64,000 bases of DNA from sequence record NC_061440.1; one strand, written 5' to 3'. Positions 9,052 through 18,152 of this stretch are shown piece by piece. Position 1 is the first letter of the stretch, and every line of letters starts with the position of its first letter. The notes under the pieces were generated by a model. The model did no database searches. It was not told the DNA's origin and was given only the letters and a program-made list of their open reading frames with translations. A program made the position numbers and the translations under genes.

Positions 9052-9666
9052 ATGAACCTTATCAATACTTTCTTCGTCAAACGCTCTTACGCTTCTCTGG
9101 CCGCAGGTAACTTTGCAATCGACGCCAAGCACGTACAAGAGCTGGTTGAATGTGAGTGTGTGATCGTACACGTAGACACAGGCCACCGTAATGCGTTCGC
9201 GTTGAAGAACATCTCTATTACGCCTATCGACGAGCACAACGTTCGCATTACGTTCGACCCGCTGACCGACGCACACGCGATGCCTGTGACTGTCATGCCG
9301 AAAGATCTGAAAGGCAGCATTGAAGTATATGGCATGTATGTAGAAGACCTGAAAGACGTGCCACGTTTCAGCGTGTCGAATGACGCATCAGGCAACAATC
9401 CCAATCTGCTGTCGCTTGACCTCGAAAGCCGCCAGCGCTTCGTTCAATACTTCGGTGGCATGTGTACGTTGACTGACCTGTGCCTGACGCTACATGAGAA
9501 AGGCATTCACGTTGTCGATATCCACAACAACGTTAAGCAGCACGATCACGGCGTTGGCGTTTTCACTCAGCGTTATCGCACCGCATTCGAACTGAACAAA
9601 GACAACGGCATTAAGCGCCATAACGACGACTATCCTGTTCTGGCTCGCATGACCGTTTTAATGTAA
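9052..9666 (+). CDS. Hypothetical protein
   Basis: ORF; GAGAG before ATG 9052. Confidence 0.75.
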   Translation: MNLINTFFVKRSYASLAAGNFAIDAKHVQELVECECVIVHVDTGHRNAFALKNISITPIDEHNVRITFDPLTDAHAMPVTVMPKDLKGSIEVYGMYVEDLKDVPRFSVSNDASGNNPNLLSLDLESRQRFVQYFGGMCTLTDLCLTLHEKGIHVVDIHNNVKQHDHGVGVFTQRYRTAFELNKDNGIKRHNDDYPVLARMTVLM

Positions 9667-9714
9667 ACACACCTTGCCTCGCATTGAGCGGGGCTTTTCT
9701 ATTTGGAGAATGCT

Positions 9715-9975
9715 ATGTACCACTATACGCGTGAAGAACTGGAAGAAATGAACTGCATCGAACTGGACCAGCTTGCAAACGAGCGCGGTCTGCTGGAAGA
9801 TAAAGACGATGACGACGATCTGGACAATGACCTGCTCATTGGTATGATTCTTGACGACCAGAACGAACAGCAACTGGCAGACGAAGAAGCCGAAGATAAG
9901 CAACGTGCCGAAGACGACCGCGATCCACGTATCAATCGCCGTGACGGCCAAGACGGTTCAGACGACTATTGCTGA
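9715..9975 (+). CDS. Small acidic protein with a Rho-N/HeH-like N-terminus
   Basis: YTREELEEMNCIELDQLANERGL followed by an Asp run. Confidence 0.7.
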   Translation: MYHYTREELEEMNCIELDQLANERGLLEDKDDDDDLDNDLLIGMILDDQNEQQLADEEAEDKQRAEDDRDPRINRRDGQDGSDDYC

Positions 9976-10033
9976 TTAAGTAAACCAAGAGGCTGCCAAG
10001 CGCTGGTGGCCTCACTCACAAGAAGGAGCAATA

Positions 10034-10381
10034 ATGAAGCGCAAAGTAATATTGATAGACACGGCAGAGTTTCACAACCAACCCATCTCGTTCCCATCGA
10101 TCATTGATTTTGAAGGCATAGACACGGTGGTGTTTGTTGTGAAGTCAAATGGTGAGCACGGAGGCATTGATTATCTCGGTGCGTATTGTGCAACACAAAT
10201 GACAGTTGGCTATACGAAAGTGCCTATGGCGCAGACGTTGAACATCGACGAATATGGCGTTGTGCCTCTCGAAGATGATATGAAGGCCAAGCTACTTCAC
10301 ACCAACCATTACGTTGACGAAGTGCCTGAGCAACATCAAAGCATCTACAGCACGAAGACTGAAATCCTCTTCGCTGAGTAA
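10034..10381 (+). CDS. Hypothetical protein
   Basis: AAGGAG RBS. Confidence 0.75.
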   Translation: MKRKVILIDTAEFHNQPISFPSIIDFEGIDTVVFVVKSNGEHGGIDYLGAYCATQMTVGYTKVPMAQTLNIDEYGVVPLEDDMKAKLLHTNHYVDEVPEQHQSIYSTKTEILFAE

Positions 10382-10386
10382 CCGCA

Positions 10387-10414
10387 AGGGCTGCCATTAT
10401 TGGTGGCCCTTTTT
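10387..10414 (+). terminator. Intrinsic terminator
   Basis: AGGGCTGCCA-TTAT-TGGTGGCCCT followed by TTTT. Confidence 0.8.
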
Positions 10415-10458
10415 CATTTCTGTAAATACCTCGTACATTCACTGATGCGAGAAACACA

Positions 10459-10830
10459 ATGCGCCGCTTTCTGACAGTCTTCAATGTCACTCAACAGGAG
10501 TTTGACGAATTACGCTTTTACCGCCACAAGCTCAACATCGTAACTACCTTACGCCGCACACACGGCATACTGCTGGTGGTACGTGAGACAGGCCGAGTGT
10601 TCAATGTCTCAACTGCCTTGTATCAACAAGCCGAAGAATACGACTTGCGCCGCGTAGACTTCACTGGTCCTGTCGAAGTGACCAAAGAGTTAGGCGAACG
10701 CTTCTCTGAACTCAAGCAGGCAATCGCAAACAACCTGCAGGATAAAAGCATCAACTACTTTGGCCGCACTCTCTCGCTTGACGAAACGCAAGAGCGTTTG
10801 TACGCCACTAAACTGGAGATACTCGTATGA
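10459..10830 (+). CDS. Hypothetical protein
   Basis: ORF. Confidence 0.7.
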   Translation: MRRFLTVFNVTQQEFDELRFYRHKLNIVTTLRRTHGILLVVRETGRVFNVSTALYQQAEEYDLRRVDFTGPVEVTKELGERFSELKQAIANNLQDKSINYFGRTLSLDETQERLYATKLEILV

Positions 10831-11069
10831 CAACAATCGGTGCCTCTCTAGGTGCTCGCTTCGCTGCCACATCTTCGGAGCGTTGTTCTTCCCGCAAGAA
10901 AGCCAAGCCTCGTAACAAGACGCTGACGGCCGCAACAACTGCCGACATCCATAACGCAGTCGAACGCCTGGCAATCAAGTTGAACACGACACGCTCGAAC
11001 GTAATCGAGATCGCACTCAAAGAACTGTGCGCGAAACACGGCATAGCGATAGGCGATACTGATGAGTAA
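10827..11069 (+). CDS. Ribbon-helix-helix DNA-binding protein
   Basis: KTLTAATTADIHNAVERLAIKLNTTRSNVIEIALKEL fits the CopG/Arc RHH pattern. Confidence 0.65.
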   Translation: MTTIGASLGARFAATSSERCSSRKKAKPRNKTLTAATTADIHNAVERLAIKLNTTRSNVIEIALKELCAKHGIAIGDTDE

Positions 11070-11409
11070 CTTTATCTACTGTAGGCTATATGGAGTTCAG
11101 CATCGCCTGAACGTAGAAGGCATCGACTTCTCACAACAGACCGTATCGTATATGGTATCTGCCTCTGATGTGCTGCGCATGATGCCACGCATTCAGGTAG
11201 GTGCGGCCTATGACACGTACACGCCATACAATGTGCTCAAGGCAGGACGCGCTGACTTCAAGATCAAAAAGATTGAGAAGATAAGCGCTGACGAGTGGCG
11301 CTATTCGTTTGTTGATTATGCTGATACGCCGTTCAACACAATTCTTAAACGGAGGTCGTATGTCGATAGGACTGGTGAAAGTCGTCGGCTTAAAAGACAA
11401 AGCGCCTAA
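11062..11409 (+). CDS. Hypothetical protein
   Basis: ORF overlapping its neighbours. Confidence 0.7.
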   Translation: MSNFIYCRLYGVQHRLNVEGIDFSQQTVSYMVSASDVLRMMPRIQVGAAYDTYTPYNVLKAGRADFKIKKIEKISADEWRYSFVDYADTPFNTILKRRSYVDRTGESRRLKRQSA

Positions 11410-11992
11410 AGGGTTTGATTTAGATATCTGCCCTGTGTCGCGTGACGACGATTGGTGGTCATTGAGTCCTTTCTATCTTGGGCCTTGTCGTACACCGAGC
11501 GGTATTATGTTCCACAACATGGAGAACATGTGGCAGTATAGCAAGGTGTACGAAGAACACCTCGTCAACTCGAATGATTTGTTTCACGGCGAAGTATCTG
11601 CCGAGTGGTGGGAGTGGCATTTGAAAGGCAGTACAACCGAACAGGCGCATCGCTATCCAGCGGGTAAGGGTCGAAAGGCCCTGTTCTCGAAATGGGGCGA
11701 CTTGCGCCTTTCGTACATTCCCGCACGAAAACAAATCTACGTGCCTGAATATGCGAAGCTGGTAATCCACAAGCCGAAGTTTAAACGCCTGCTCAAGGAT
11801 TATAAGAAAGGTGCCAAGATAGTCCTCAGAGATTATGACACCTACGATATTCAAAAGGCATATCCAGATTCTCGTAGCCCGTGGTTGTCTGCCATCCAAA
11901 ACGAGAATGCAAAGTTCGGCCATGCGTTCGTCATTGCATTGGCCTTGATGTTCCACGAACGACCACTATGGTATAATCAATGGGTAATCTGA
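11360..11992 (+). CDS. DUF6939-like protein, possibly NADAR-related
   Basis: LSPFYLGP, ENMWQYSKVY, ARKQIYVPEY, FGHAFVIA; GGAGG RBS before ATG 11360. Confidence 0.55.
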   Translation: MSIGLVKVVGLKDKAPKGFDLDICPVSRDDDWWSLSPFYLGPCRTPSGIMFHNMENMWQYSKVYEEHLVNSNDLFHGEVSAEWWEWHLKGSTTEQAHRYPAGKGRKALFSKWGDLRLSYIPARKQIYVPEYAKLVIHKPKFKRLLKDYKKGAKIVLRDYDTYDIQKAYPDSRSPWLSAIQNENAKFGHAFVIALALMFHERPLWYNQWVI

Positions 11993-12300
11993 CCAGATAC
12001 GTAGCCTGCATTGAGTTGTCTACCCGCGAAGGAAATATGAATCTGCCGATTCTACCTCGCTGTGAACTACAAGCATTTGTTCTTGATGGACACACGCAGA
12101 CTAAAGTGCCTATCAAACTTAATGCCACAAACGTCATCAATGTGGCGGGCAAAACGTGTGGTAGTCTGCAATGGTTTGATTGTGTGAATCTGCTCATATG
12201 GTCATCGTTTGATCCTGGCCGGTTTACGCTGTATATTGAACGTGCTTTCAAAACAGACGAGACTACAGACGACCAGCAATCTGCTGAACTCTGCAAATAA
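11980..12300 (+). CDS. Hypothetical protein
   Basis: ORF. Confidence 0.6.
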   Translation: MGNLTRYVACIELSTREGNMNLPILPRCELQAFVLDGHTQTKVPIKLNATNVINVAGKTCGSLQWFDCVNLLIWSSFDPGRFTLYIERAFKTDETTDDQQSAELCK

Positions 12301-12345
12301 TAGGCTAAAATAGCCATTCAGTCAGATACGCTCCTATGATATACT
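12293..12345 (+). promoter_or_regulatory. Promoter: GCA-N7-GG box plus extended -10
   Basis: GCAAATAATAGGCTAAAAT ... TGATATACT. Confidence 0.8.
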
Positions 12346-12374
12346 ATACGTGAGCGCAGTGCTCATTACAACTA

Positions 12375-12388
12375 ACGCTGAGGAGCGT
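12375..12388 (+). promoter_or_regulatory. SD hairpin ACGCT-GAGG-AGCGT
   Basis: GAGG loop starts 12 nt before ATG 12392. Confidence 0.8.
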
Positions 12389-12391
12389 ATC

Positions 12392-12841
12392 ATGACTACT
12401 TTATCTATCACTGATTTGAAAACCCCTGCTGAGTTTACTACTCACCTGACTTTCGGTCACATGGAAGAACTGCGGGCCAGCCTCGAACGCGCCTTAAATC
12501 GTGCCGACCTTGAGGTGTATGTTGATTGTGATTCTAACTACACACTCGAAGAAGCAAACACCGACGGTCCTGACCAGCTGGTGGGCGATCATGAATGTAT
12601 TAACGTTCACGTTCGTTATGCAGGTATGTCGTTCGATGAAGCGACGGCGAAAGGCGTGTGGGATATTTTACTGCAAACCCCGCACGAAGATAACAGCATG
12701 TCCGAGTGGTCTAACTCATACATCATGTATGTGGCCGATGAAAACCTCGACGCGCTGGAAGAAGTGACGATAGAAAACGGGAATCCTCGTATGATGGAAA
12801 CTCTCGTTGATCGTATTAACTACTGGCTGCCAAAACTCTAA
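12392..12841 (+). CDS. Acidic hypothetical protein
   Basis: ORF after a promoter and SD hairpin. Confidence 0.8.
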   Translation: MTTLSITDLKTPAEFTTHLTFGHMEELRASLERALNRADLEVYVDCDSNYTLEEANTDGPDQLVGDHECINVHVRYAGMSFDEATAKGVWDILLQTPHEDNSMSEWSNSYIMYVADENLDALEEVTIENGNPRMMETLVDRINYWLPKL

Positions 12842-12843
12842 GC

Positions 12844-12881
12844 GATTTGTGAAGGGCATTTGCGAGTGCCCTTTGAAAATC
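12844..12881 (+). repeat. Repeated intergenic hairpin, copy 1
   Basis: GATTTGTGAAGGGCATTTGCGAGTGCCCTTTGAAAATC, near-identical to 13226-13265. Confidence 0.9.
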
Positions 12882-12889
12882 AAACACCA

Positions 12890-12905
12890 TAAGCTGAGGA
12901 GCTTA
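12890..12905 (+). promoter_or_regulatory. SD hairpin TAAGCT-GAGG-AGCTTA
   Basis: Part of the 24-bp repeat at 12887-12910 and 13689-13712. Confidence 0.85.
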
Positions 12906-12907
12906 AC

Positions 12908-13225
12908 ATGTCATCTTCTACCACTCTGACTTTCATCTTCCCAGAAATGACCACTCTGGAAGTATCTATCGGTAATGGCATTGTGCCTGCGTATCTGGGT
13001 CTCGCAGAAAATAGAGACATAACATTCAGCGACGTTAAGGCGCTGCGTCTGATGGGTGACTCAAACATCGTGGGTGCCATGTCACGCTTCGACCAGTCGA
13101 TGTTGAATCTGCTGATTGACCGTCACATCTCACATGAGAATGTTCGCTGCCGTGACGCCATAGACGCGGGCACCGAGCACTTCCCGTCTACTTGTCTTTA
13201 TCTGAAAGTAGCGCACCACCGCTAA
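12908..13225 (+). CDS. Hypothetical protein
   Basis: ORF. Confidence 0.75.
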   Translation: MSSSTTLTFIFPEMTTLEVSIGNGIVPAYLGLAENRDITFSDVKALRLMGDSNIVGAMSRFDQSMLNLLIDRHISHENVRCRDAIDAGTEHFPSTCLYLKVAHHR

Positions 13226-13265
13226 GATTTGTGAAGGGCATTCCAACGAGTGCCCTTTGAAAATC
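13226..13265 (+). repeat. Repeated intergenic hairpin, copy 2
   Basis: Same stem as 12844-12881 with a different loop. Confidence 0.9.
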
Positions 13266-13271
13266 ACAACC

Positions 13272-13287
13272 TGTTCTGAGGAGAACA
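13272..13287 (+). promoter_or_regulatory. SD hairpin TGTTCT-GAGG-AGAACA
   Basis: Before ATG 13291. Confidence 0.85.
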
Positions 13288-13290
13288 ACA

Positions 13291-13644
13291 ATGCCAGCAA
13301 CTGAATTGCCTATCGACGCCCGTGCTTTTGATGACCTGAGCAATAACAACTTCCTGCAAGTGTGCAACGCGATCTCTTTCTGCGTGTCTCGCGGTGATCT
13401 TGAGTTTCGTCATCATATCAAAGGTCGCCACATCGACGTTGCGTATCGCGCTGGTGGTAACAACGTTTTTGGTATCAGCACCGTTCGCATCCTGATGCCG
13501 TCCGAAGTTCTGCGTGAAGATATCGTAGAAGACTTCGAAATCATTCACGGCGATGCAATCATTCAGATTGAACGCCAGAAAGATTCGTTCTCGACGTTGC
13601 AACGTATCGCTGGTGCAGTCGAAGCATGTATGCCTAAGAAGTGA
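13291..13644 (+). CDS. Hypothetical protein
   Basis: ORF. Confidence 0.75.
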   Translation: MPATELPIDARAFDDLSNNNFLQVCNAISFCVSRGDLEFRHHIKGRHIDVAYRAGGNNVFGISTVRILMPSEVLREDIVEDFEIIHGDAIIQIERQKDSFSTLQRIAGAVEACMPKK

Positions 13645-13691
13645 TTGTTGCTCGCAGGTTCTTACGAGAGCCTGCTGTCAACATAACCCCA

Positions 13692-13707
13692 TAAGCTGAG
13701 GAGCTTA
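13692..13707 (+). promoter_or_regulatory. SD hairpin TAAGCT-GAGG-AGCTTA
   Basis: Before ATG 13710. Confidence 0.85.
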
Positions 13708-13709
13708 AC

Positions 13710-14117
13710 ATGAAACAATATCCACAACGCGGCCGTGTGTACACGCTGAAAGAAATCGAAAACGAACTGGAACTGCGTGACAGCCCGTTCCTGCGTTTCG
13801 TACCGCAGAAAGTTCGTCTGCTTGGTGAGAAAGAAGCTGGCATTCAGGTAATACAGCAATCGCACCTCGCTAACCTGTCTGACGTTGAAGGTTGGGCAGA
13901 CACCAAGTGGGCGTATGTACGCGAGACCGAAGAGTGGATTCCGCTTTTCCGTGCAGTTGACGACGCTGAGATTGAGGCTCTCTGTGTTATCGAGCCTGAC
14001 ACGTCTGAGTTTCGTTCGTGTGATGGTATGTTCATCTACCCGAAAGGTGCGGTGTGCAGGCAGTACACGCCTTATGACAAAAAGATTCACGGCGATCTGC
14101 TGGTGGCAGTAGAATAA
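13710..14117 (+). CDS. Hypothetical protein
   Basis: ORF. Confidence 0.75.
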   Translation: MKQYPQRGRVYTLKEIENELELRDSPFLRFVPQKVRLLGEKEAGIQVIQQSHLANLSDVEGWADTKWAYVRETEEWIPLFRAVDDAEIEALCVIEPDTSEFRSCDGMFIYPKGAVCRQYTPYDKKIHGDLLVAVE

Positions 14118-14124
14118 CAAAACA

Positions 14125-14155
14125 GGGATGCTCACCTTCGTGAGCATCCCATTTC
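14125..14155 (+). terminator. Probable terminator
   Basis: Perfect 11-bp stem GGGATGCTCAC-CTTC-GTGAGCATCCC followed by ATTTC. Confidence 0.7.
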
Positions 14156-14173
14156 TCATTTAAGGACAAATCT

Positions 14174-14683
14174 ATGATTCCCGAAATCACCCACATCTTC
14201 AACGTAATGATGACCAGCCTGAAAGACGTTCGCAGTGTTGAGCGTCTGCATCTCATTAACAAGAGCGCCGTGCGTTTTCACCTTAAAGGTAAACAGTATG
14301 ACGTGCGTGGTCAGTACCCGCTGTTTTCTGTTCACGAAATCGAAGGCGCCATTATGTCCTACTCACGGGCAGCCAAAGAGATTGAATCCCAACTCAATGG
14401 TGAACCTATCGAAGAAGTCGAAGACAACACGCATGACGCAGCACTGGACGATGTGCTGATCGCTCATGTTGACAACATGGCCGAAGATCGTGTTCGCGCA
14501 TACAATGAAGAATGCGGCGGCCCTGACTTAGACCCAATCAATATGCAGCGCACTTGGCTAAAGACCCACTTTCTGCATATAGGCCACAACACACCTGACC
14601 TGTTAGAGACCGTGCTGTACATGGAAGGAAAAGAACGGAGAGAAGAACTGGCGAAAGCTATTAAGGGGGTATTATGTTTTTAG
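14174..14683 (+). CDS. Hypothetical protein
   Basis: AAGGA RBS. Confidence 0.75.
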   Translation: MIPEITHIFNVMMTSLKDVRSVERLHLINKSAVRFHLKGKQYDVRGQYPLFSVHEIEGAIMSYSRAAKEIESQLNGEPIEEVEDNTHDAALDDVLIAHVDNMAEDRVRAYNEECGGPDLDPINMQRTWLKTHFLHIGHNTPDLLETVLYMEGKERREELAKAIKGVLCF

Positions 14684-14955
14684 CGTGGTTTAAATATCTG
14701 CGCGCCAAGAAACGCAACAAGTTCATGGCAGAAGTCGTGTCGGCAATTGCTAAATTGAATCAACGCGACCGTGACCTGTTGTGTCGTGCATTCAGTCTAC
14801 CTGCAACTGCTGACGGTCTGTTTACGTTGACGAACATGCCACGCAAAGATTTGGCTAAGCAGTGCAATCAGTATTACGCCCGTGTGTCGGGCAATAAATG
14901 GAACGTGTACGATGCGTTCTGCAAAGTCATTCATACCGCAAGAAAAGGAAAGTAA
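14674..14955 (+). CDS. Hypothetical protein
   Basis: ORF. Confidence 0.7.
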   Translation: MFLAWFKYLRAKKRNKFMAEVVSAIAKLNQRDRDLLCRAFSLPATADGLFTLTNMPRKDLAKQCNQYYARVSGNKWNVYDAFCKVIHTARKGK

Positions 14956-14957
14956 CC

Positions 14958-15398
14958 ATGAACGAAATAGATATTCTGATCCGTGAGTTCTCTCGGGCGT
15001 ATCTGAAAGCAGAAGCATCACCTTTCGGTAACGTCGCATATCACGTACAAGACCAAACAGACGGCCTGAAAAACATTGCACTCTATCTGCGTTTTCGTTC
15101 TGGCCCGCAGGCTCTTTGGCAGCGTCCGTGTTTGGTGCTCGCCACAATTGATGTTCGTGACTCGGGTAAAGGTACATTCAGTGAGTTGCTTCGCCGCACA
15201 AAAGACCTGTGCCGCGAACGTGACTGGATTCTTCAAATTGAAAACGTCCTGACTCCGCAGTTCAGGAAGTTCTTGCAGCGTGGTGGCTTCAAGCCGTTCG
15301 GTGTAGATAAAGATGTACCATTCGGTAGTCTCTACTGGTTCCACGACGAGGCAATCCCGCAGCAATGTGCGATGTACCCAGAGAGGGCACACCCATGA
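14958..15398 (+). CDS. GNAT-like acetyltransferase
   Basis: LATIDVRDSGKGTFSELL (motif A-like) and IENVLTPQFRKFLQRGGF (motif B-like). Confidence 0.5.
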   Translation: MNEIDILIREFSRAYLKAEASPFGNVAYHVQDQTDGLKNIALYLRFRSGPQALWQRPCLVLATIDVRDSGKGTFSELLRRTKDLCRERDWILQIENVLTPQFRKFLQRGGFKPFGVDKDVPFGSLYWFHDEAIPQQCAMYPERAHP

Positions 15399-15835
15399 TT
15401 AACTGGCCTGTAGTTCTCTGTGGATTCTTTCCACTGATTGCCTGCTACATAACAATCCCGTGGTTCCGTGCTGCTGTTAACCGTAGACTGACGTTCAAGC
15501 CATTCGACTACGATGCGCTTGACGAGATACTGACTGACGGCATGCCTGAGAAGTTGACGATCTCCTGTCTACAGGCTACGTACCGCGTCAACTCACCTGC
15601 GCATTCGCACATTGATATTTACGCGCACAAGGACAACGTTGCTGTTGTTCGAATGCTGGTGGACCCTAACTTCCCGATAGCACGTTGCTTCCATGACGTG
15701 TTGAACGCGAACATAAACGCATTCGCCGTGAAGTCACATAGACCACCGACACTCATAATCAATCAGTGTCTCTATCCTGTCGTTGAATATGAGTATGACG
15801 ATCAGTATCTGTTGATTTACCTTAAACATAAGTAA
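15395..15835 (+). CDS. Hypothetical protein with an N-terminal hydrophobic segment
   Basis: MINWPVVLCGFFPLIACYITIPW. Confidence 0.7.
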   Translation: MINWPVVLCGFFPLIACYITIPWFRAAVNRRLTFKPFDYDALDEILTDGMPEKLTISCLQATYRVNSPAHSHIDIYAHKDNVAVVRMLVDPNFPIARCFHDVLNANINAFAVKSHRPPTLIINQCLYPVVEYEYDDQYLLIYLKHK

Positions 15836-15844
15836 GGGACTATC

Positions 15845-16144
15845 ATGGTCACCCAACAACAACTATCGGAGTTTGCGCGACTGCCTACACTGCACCGTAA
15901 AGTGATACTTCGCAGTATGCAGGTTGAGATGTTGGGTGCCTTGCCTGAGCTTACTGACATTGTGCGTGAAATGCTTTATCGTGCAATTGTCGTTGATGTA
16001 GCTCAAGCTGAACTGGCACTCCTTGCTGCTCGCCAAATGTGTGAGAATAAGGACGTTCGTAAAAGCATTGATGACCTACTTCAATTCGCTGCGCGTCTGC
16101 ATGACGTTGCAACTGATAACTTTCTTTCTGGAGATTTACTATGA
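15845..16144 (+). CDS. Hypothetical protein
   Basis: ORF. Confidence 0.7.
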   Translation: MVTQQQLSEFARLPTLHRKVILRSMQVEMLGALPELTDIVREMLYRAIVVDVAQAELALLAARQMCENKDVRKSIDDLLQFAARLHDVATDNFLSGDLL

Positions 16145-17205
16145 ATAAGACCGTTGGCCTGATGATTGATGAAGACGTAATGAATTGGCTGGACATGCTG
16201 CTTGCTGGTGAACTAAGCAACGTCTTGGGTGCGTTGAACAATATCGTGTACGCTCGCCGTCAGGAACTGTCTGTCGAACGTCTGACCGAAGACGAAGACA
16301 TTGGTGCTCTCTCCCACAAGGAGCTGGAGATCATTCTGCGTTACGCTGCGCCTAACCATGAGTACGATACGTCGGTGCTGTCGAACGAACAACTGCTCCG
16401 CCTGGCGATGGACGCACAAGGGATCATCTCGTACACACTGCCGTGTCACTGTTCACCTATCATGGTTAAACGTGCTTTCGCTAACGGCAACGTGTGCTCA
16501 CTGCTTGGTGGTTTCTCTAATCGTGCTGATATTGTCATGGCTGTTCACCACTGGGAATGCGGTCTGTCTAACATCTCGCTCGATGGTGTAACTGGCAACG
16601 ACGAACGCCCAGACGAACAGGGCATGTACCTGTGCTACGATGAGCACAAGCAAGTTCGATACGGTCGCCTGTTCAAGAACGCCAACGATGGATGGACATT
16701 CAGTGAGTATTATTCTGCTGGTGGATCTACTACGTGGCTTGAAGCGAGTCCAAACAATGCGCTTGATGGCGACGACCTGCCAATCAGTCTGCTTTCTAAC
16801 TGGGTATTCGTTGTTCCAGATCGTTCACCGTCTATCCTCAAACCTGCTGAGGGGTTCAAACGCCTGTCTGATACACAACGCATCTTCCTGTATCTGCGTA
16901 GCCTGAGTCCTCACGTTAAAGCTGAGATCGTCGCACACTTCGACGGCGTTCTGGACAATCGATCATTCACCTCTGTCGATCAGATTGGTCGCCTGACCGA
17001 GAAAGACTGGCGCGATGCTGCAATTGCTATCGGTGAAGAAGAACGCGGCCAAGAAGGCGTTCACTACTGGGATGATCGTAGTGCGTGGGCTTGCTTCGTC
17101 GCTGTGCTTAATGCTCTGTGCTTCGACATGGACACACGCGACTTCCAACCGCAGTATGAATATCAGGCTAACGATGACACTATGGAAGAAGACAACAATG
17201 GCTAA
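16141..17205 (+). CDS. Hypothetical protein (354 aa)
   Basis: Long ORF. Confidence 0.8.
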   Translation: MNKTVGLMIDEDVMNWLDMLLAGELSNVLGALNNIVYARRQELSVERLTEDEDIGALSHKELEIILRYAAPNHEYDTSVLSNEQLLRLAMDAQGIISYTLPCHCSPIMVKRAFANGNVCSLLGGFSNRADIVMAVHHWECGLSNISLDGVTGNDERPDEQGMYLCYDEHKQVRYGRLFKNANDGWTFSEYYSAGGSTTWLEASPNNALDGDDLPISLLSNWVFVVPDRSPSILKPAEGFKRLSDTQRIFLYLRSLSPHVKAEIVAHFDGVLDNRSFTSVDQIGRLTEKDWRDAAIAIGEEERGQEGVHYWDDRSAWACFVAVLNALCFDMDTRDFQPQYEYQANDDTMEEDNNG

Positions 17206-17731
17206 ATCACTCGGCGTATACATGACTTACATTCTGCGACACAAGCCGCAGGATATCGGAATCGCAATGGACACCCAGGGTTGGGTGTCTGTTCTGGACT
17301 TCTTGCAGAAAGCGAAGTATGTGAAACAGGTCACTCTCGAAATGCTGATTGCCGAAGTTGAGGCGGACGAGAAAGGCCGTTTCGAGTTCAACTCTAACCG
17401 TTCCAAGATTCGTTGTGTGCAGGGACATTCGGTTGAGAACGTTATTCTGCATCTCGAACCGTTCACCGACCTTGCGCCTCTATATCACGGTACGGCTGAT
17501 AAGAACGTGGCGTCAATCATGCACGAAGGTATCACGAAGCGGAAACGCAAACACGTCCACATCAGCCGTGAGATCGAAACAGCCGAGAACGTTGGTCGTC
17601 GTCACGGTGCACCTGTTGTGTTTCAGATTGATACACAGGCAATGATCACTCACGGCTATAAGTTTTACCTCGCCGAGAATGGAGTCATCCTGACCGACCA
17701 CGTACCGTCCAGATATATAAAGTTGGTGTGA
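17198..17731 (+). CDS. kptA: RNA 2'-phosphotransferase (Tpt1/KptA)
   Basis: ILRH.P..IG+..D..GWV, DEKGRF, IRCVQGHS, LYHGT, RKHVHIS, VGRRHG, NGV.LT..VP..YI. Confidence 0.95.
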   Translation: MAKSLGVYMTYILRHKPQDIGIAMDTQGWVSVLDFLQKAKYVKQVTLEMLIAEVEADEKGRFEFNSNRSKIRCVQGHSVENVILHLEPFTDLAPLYHGTADKNVASIMHEGITKRKRKHVHISREIETAENVGRRHGAPVVFQIDTQAMITHGYKFYLAENGVILTDHVPSRYIKLV

Positions 17732-17732
17732 T

Positions 17733-18134
17733 ATGGAAAAGACGTACATGACACATTGGGGTTCGCGTTACGTGCGAGCTCCGTCCGGTAAGTGGTATTC
17801 AGTTCATGGACGTGAAGGTACTTGGGTAACGAACCGCTATGGTACCTCATTCTATCGTAGCGGTTCGGAGGTATGGCGGGACATAACTATTGCGGATCGT
17901 GAGTCGCTGGAACGTGAGCTAATCAAACGTACCAACGAAGACTACACCGAGCAAAAGCGTAGGTATGACTACTGGGGAAGACTGGTGCGAGCGATTGCTC
18001 GTCAGTCGGAAGAGGAGAAGAATGAGCATACGGCAGAGCTTGCCGGGATGATTGAAGCGCTTAGACAGACTTTCTATGGACAGAAGGTACAGCAACTAAG
18101 CACAATTCTGGACGAAATAGCCGTTAAGAAGTAG
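17733..18134 (+). CDS. Hypothetical protein
   Basis: ORF. Confidence 0.7.
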   Translation: MEKTYMTHWGSRYVRAPSGKWYSVHGREGTWVTNRYGTSFYRSGSEVWRDITIADRESLERELIKRTNEDYTEQKRRYDYWGRLVRAIARQSEEEKNEHTAELAGMIEALRQTFYGQKVQQLSTILDEIAVKK

Positions 18135-18152
18135 ACTAATTCGTGATACAAT
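18100..18152 (+). promoter_or_regulatory. Promoter: GCA-N7-GG box plus extended -10
   Basis: GCACAATTCTGGACGAAAT ... TGATACAAT. Confidence 0.75.

Noticed and set aside
7789-13712. CRISPR-like reading of the 24-38 bp repeats
   Set aside because: Only two copies each, separated by whole genes and overlapping RBSs; there are no spacer-sized intervals.
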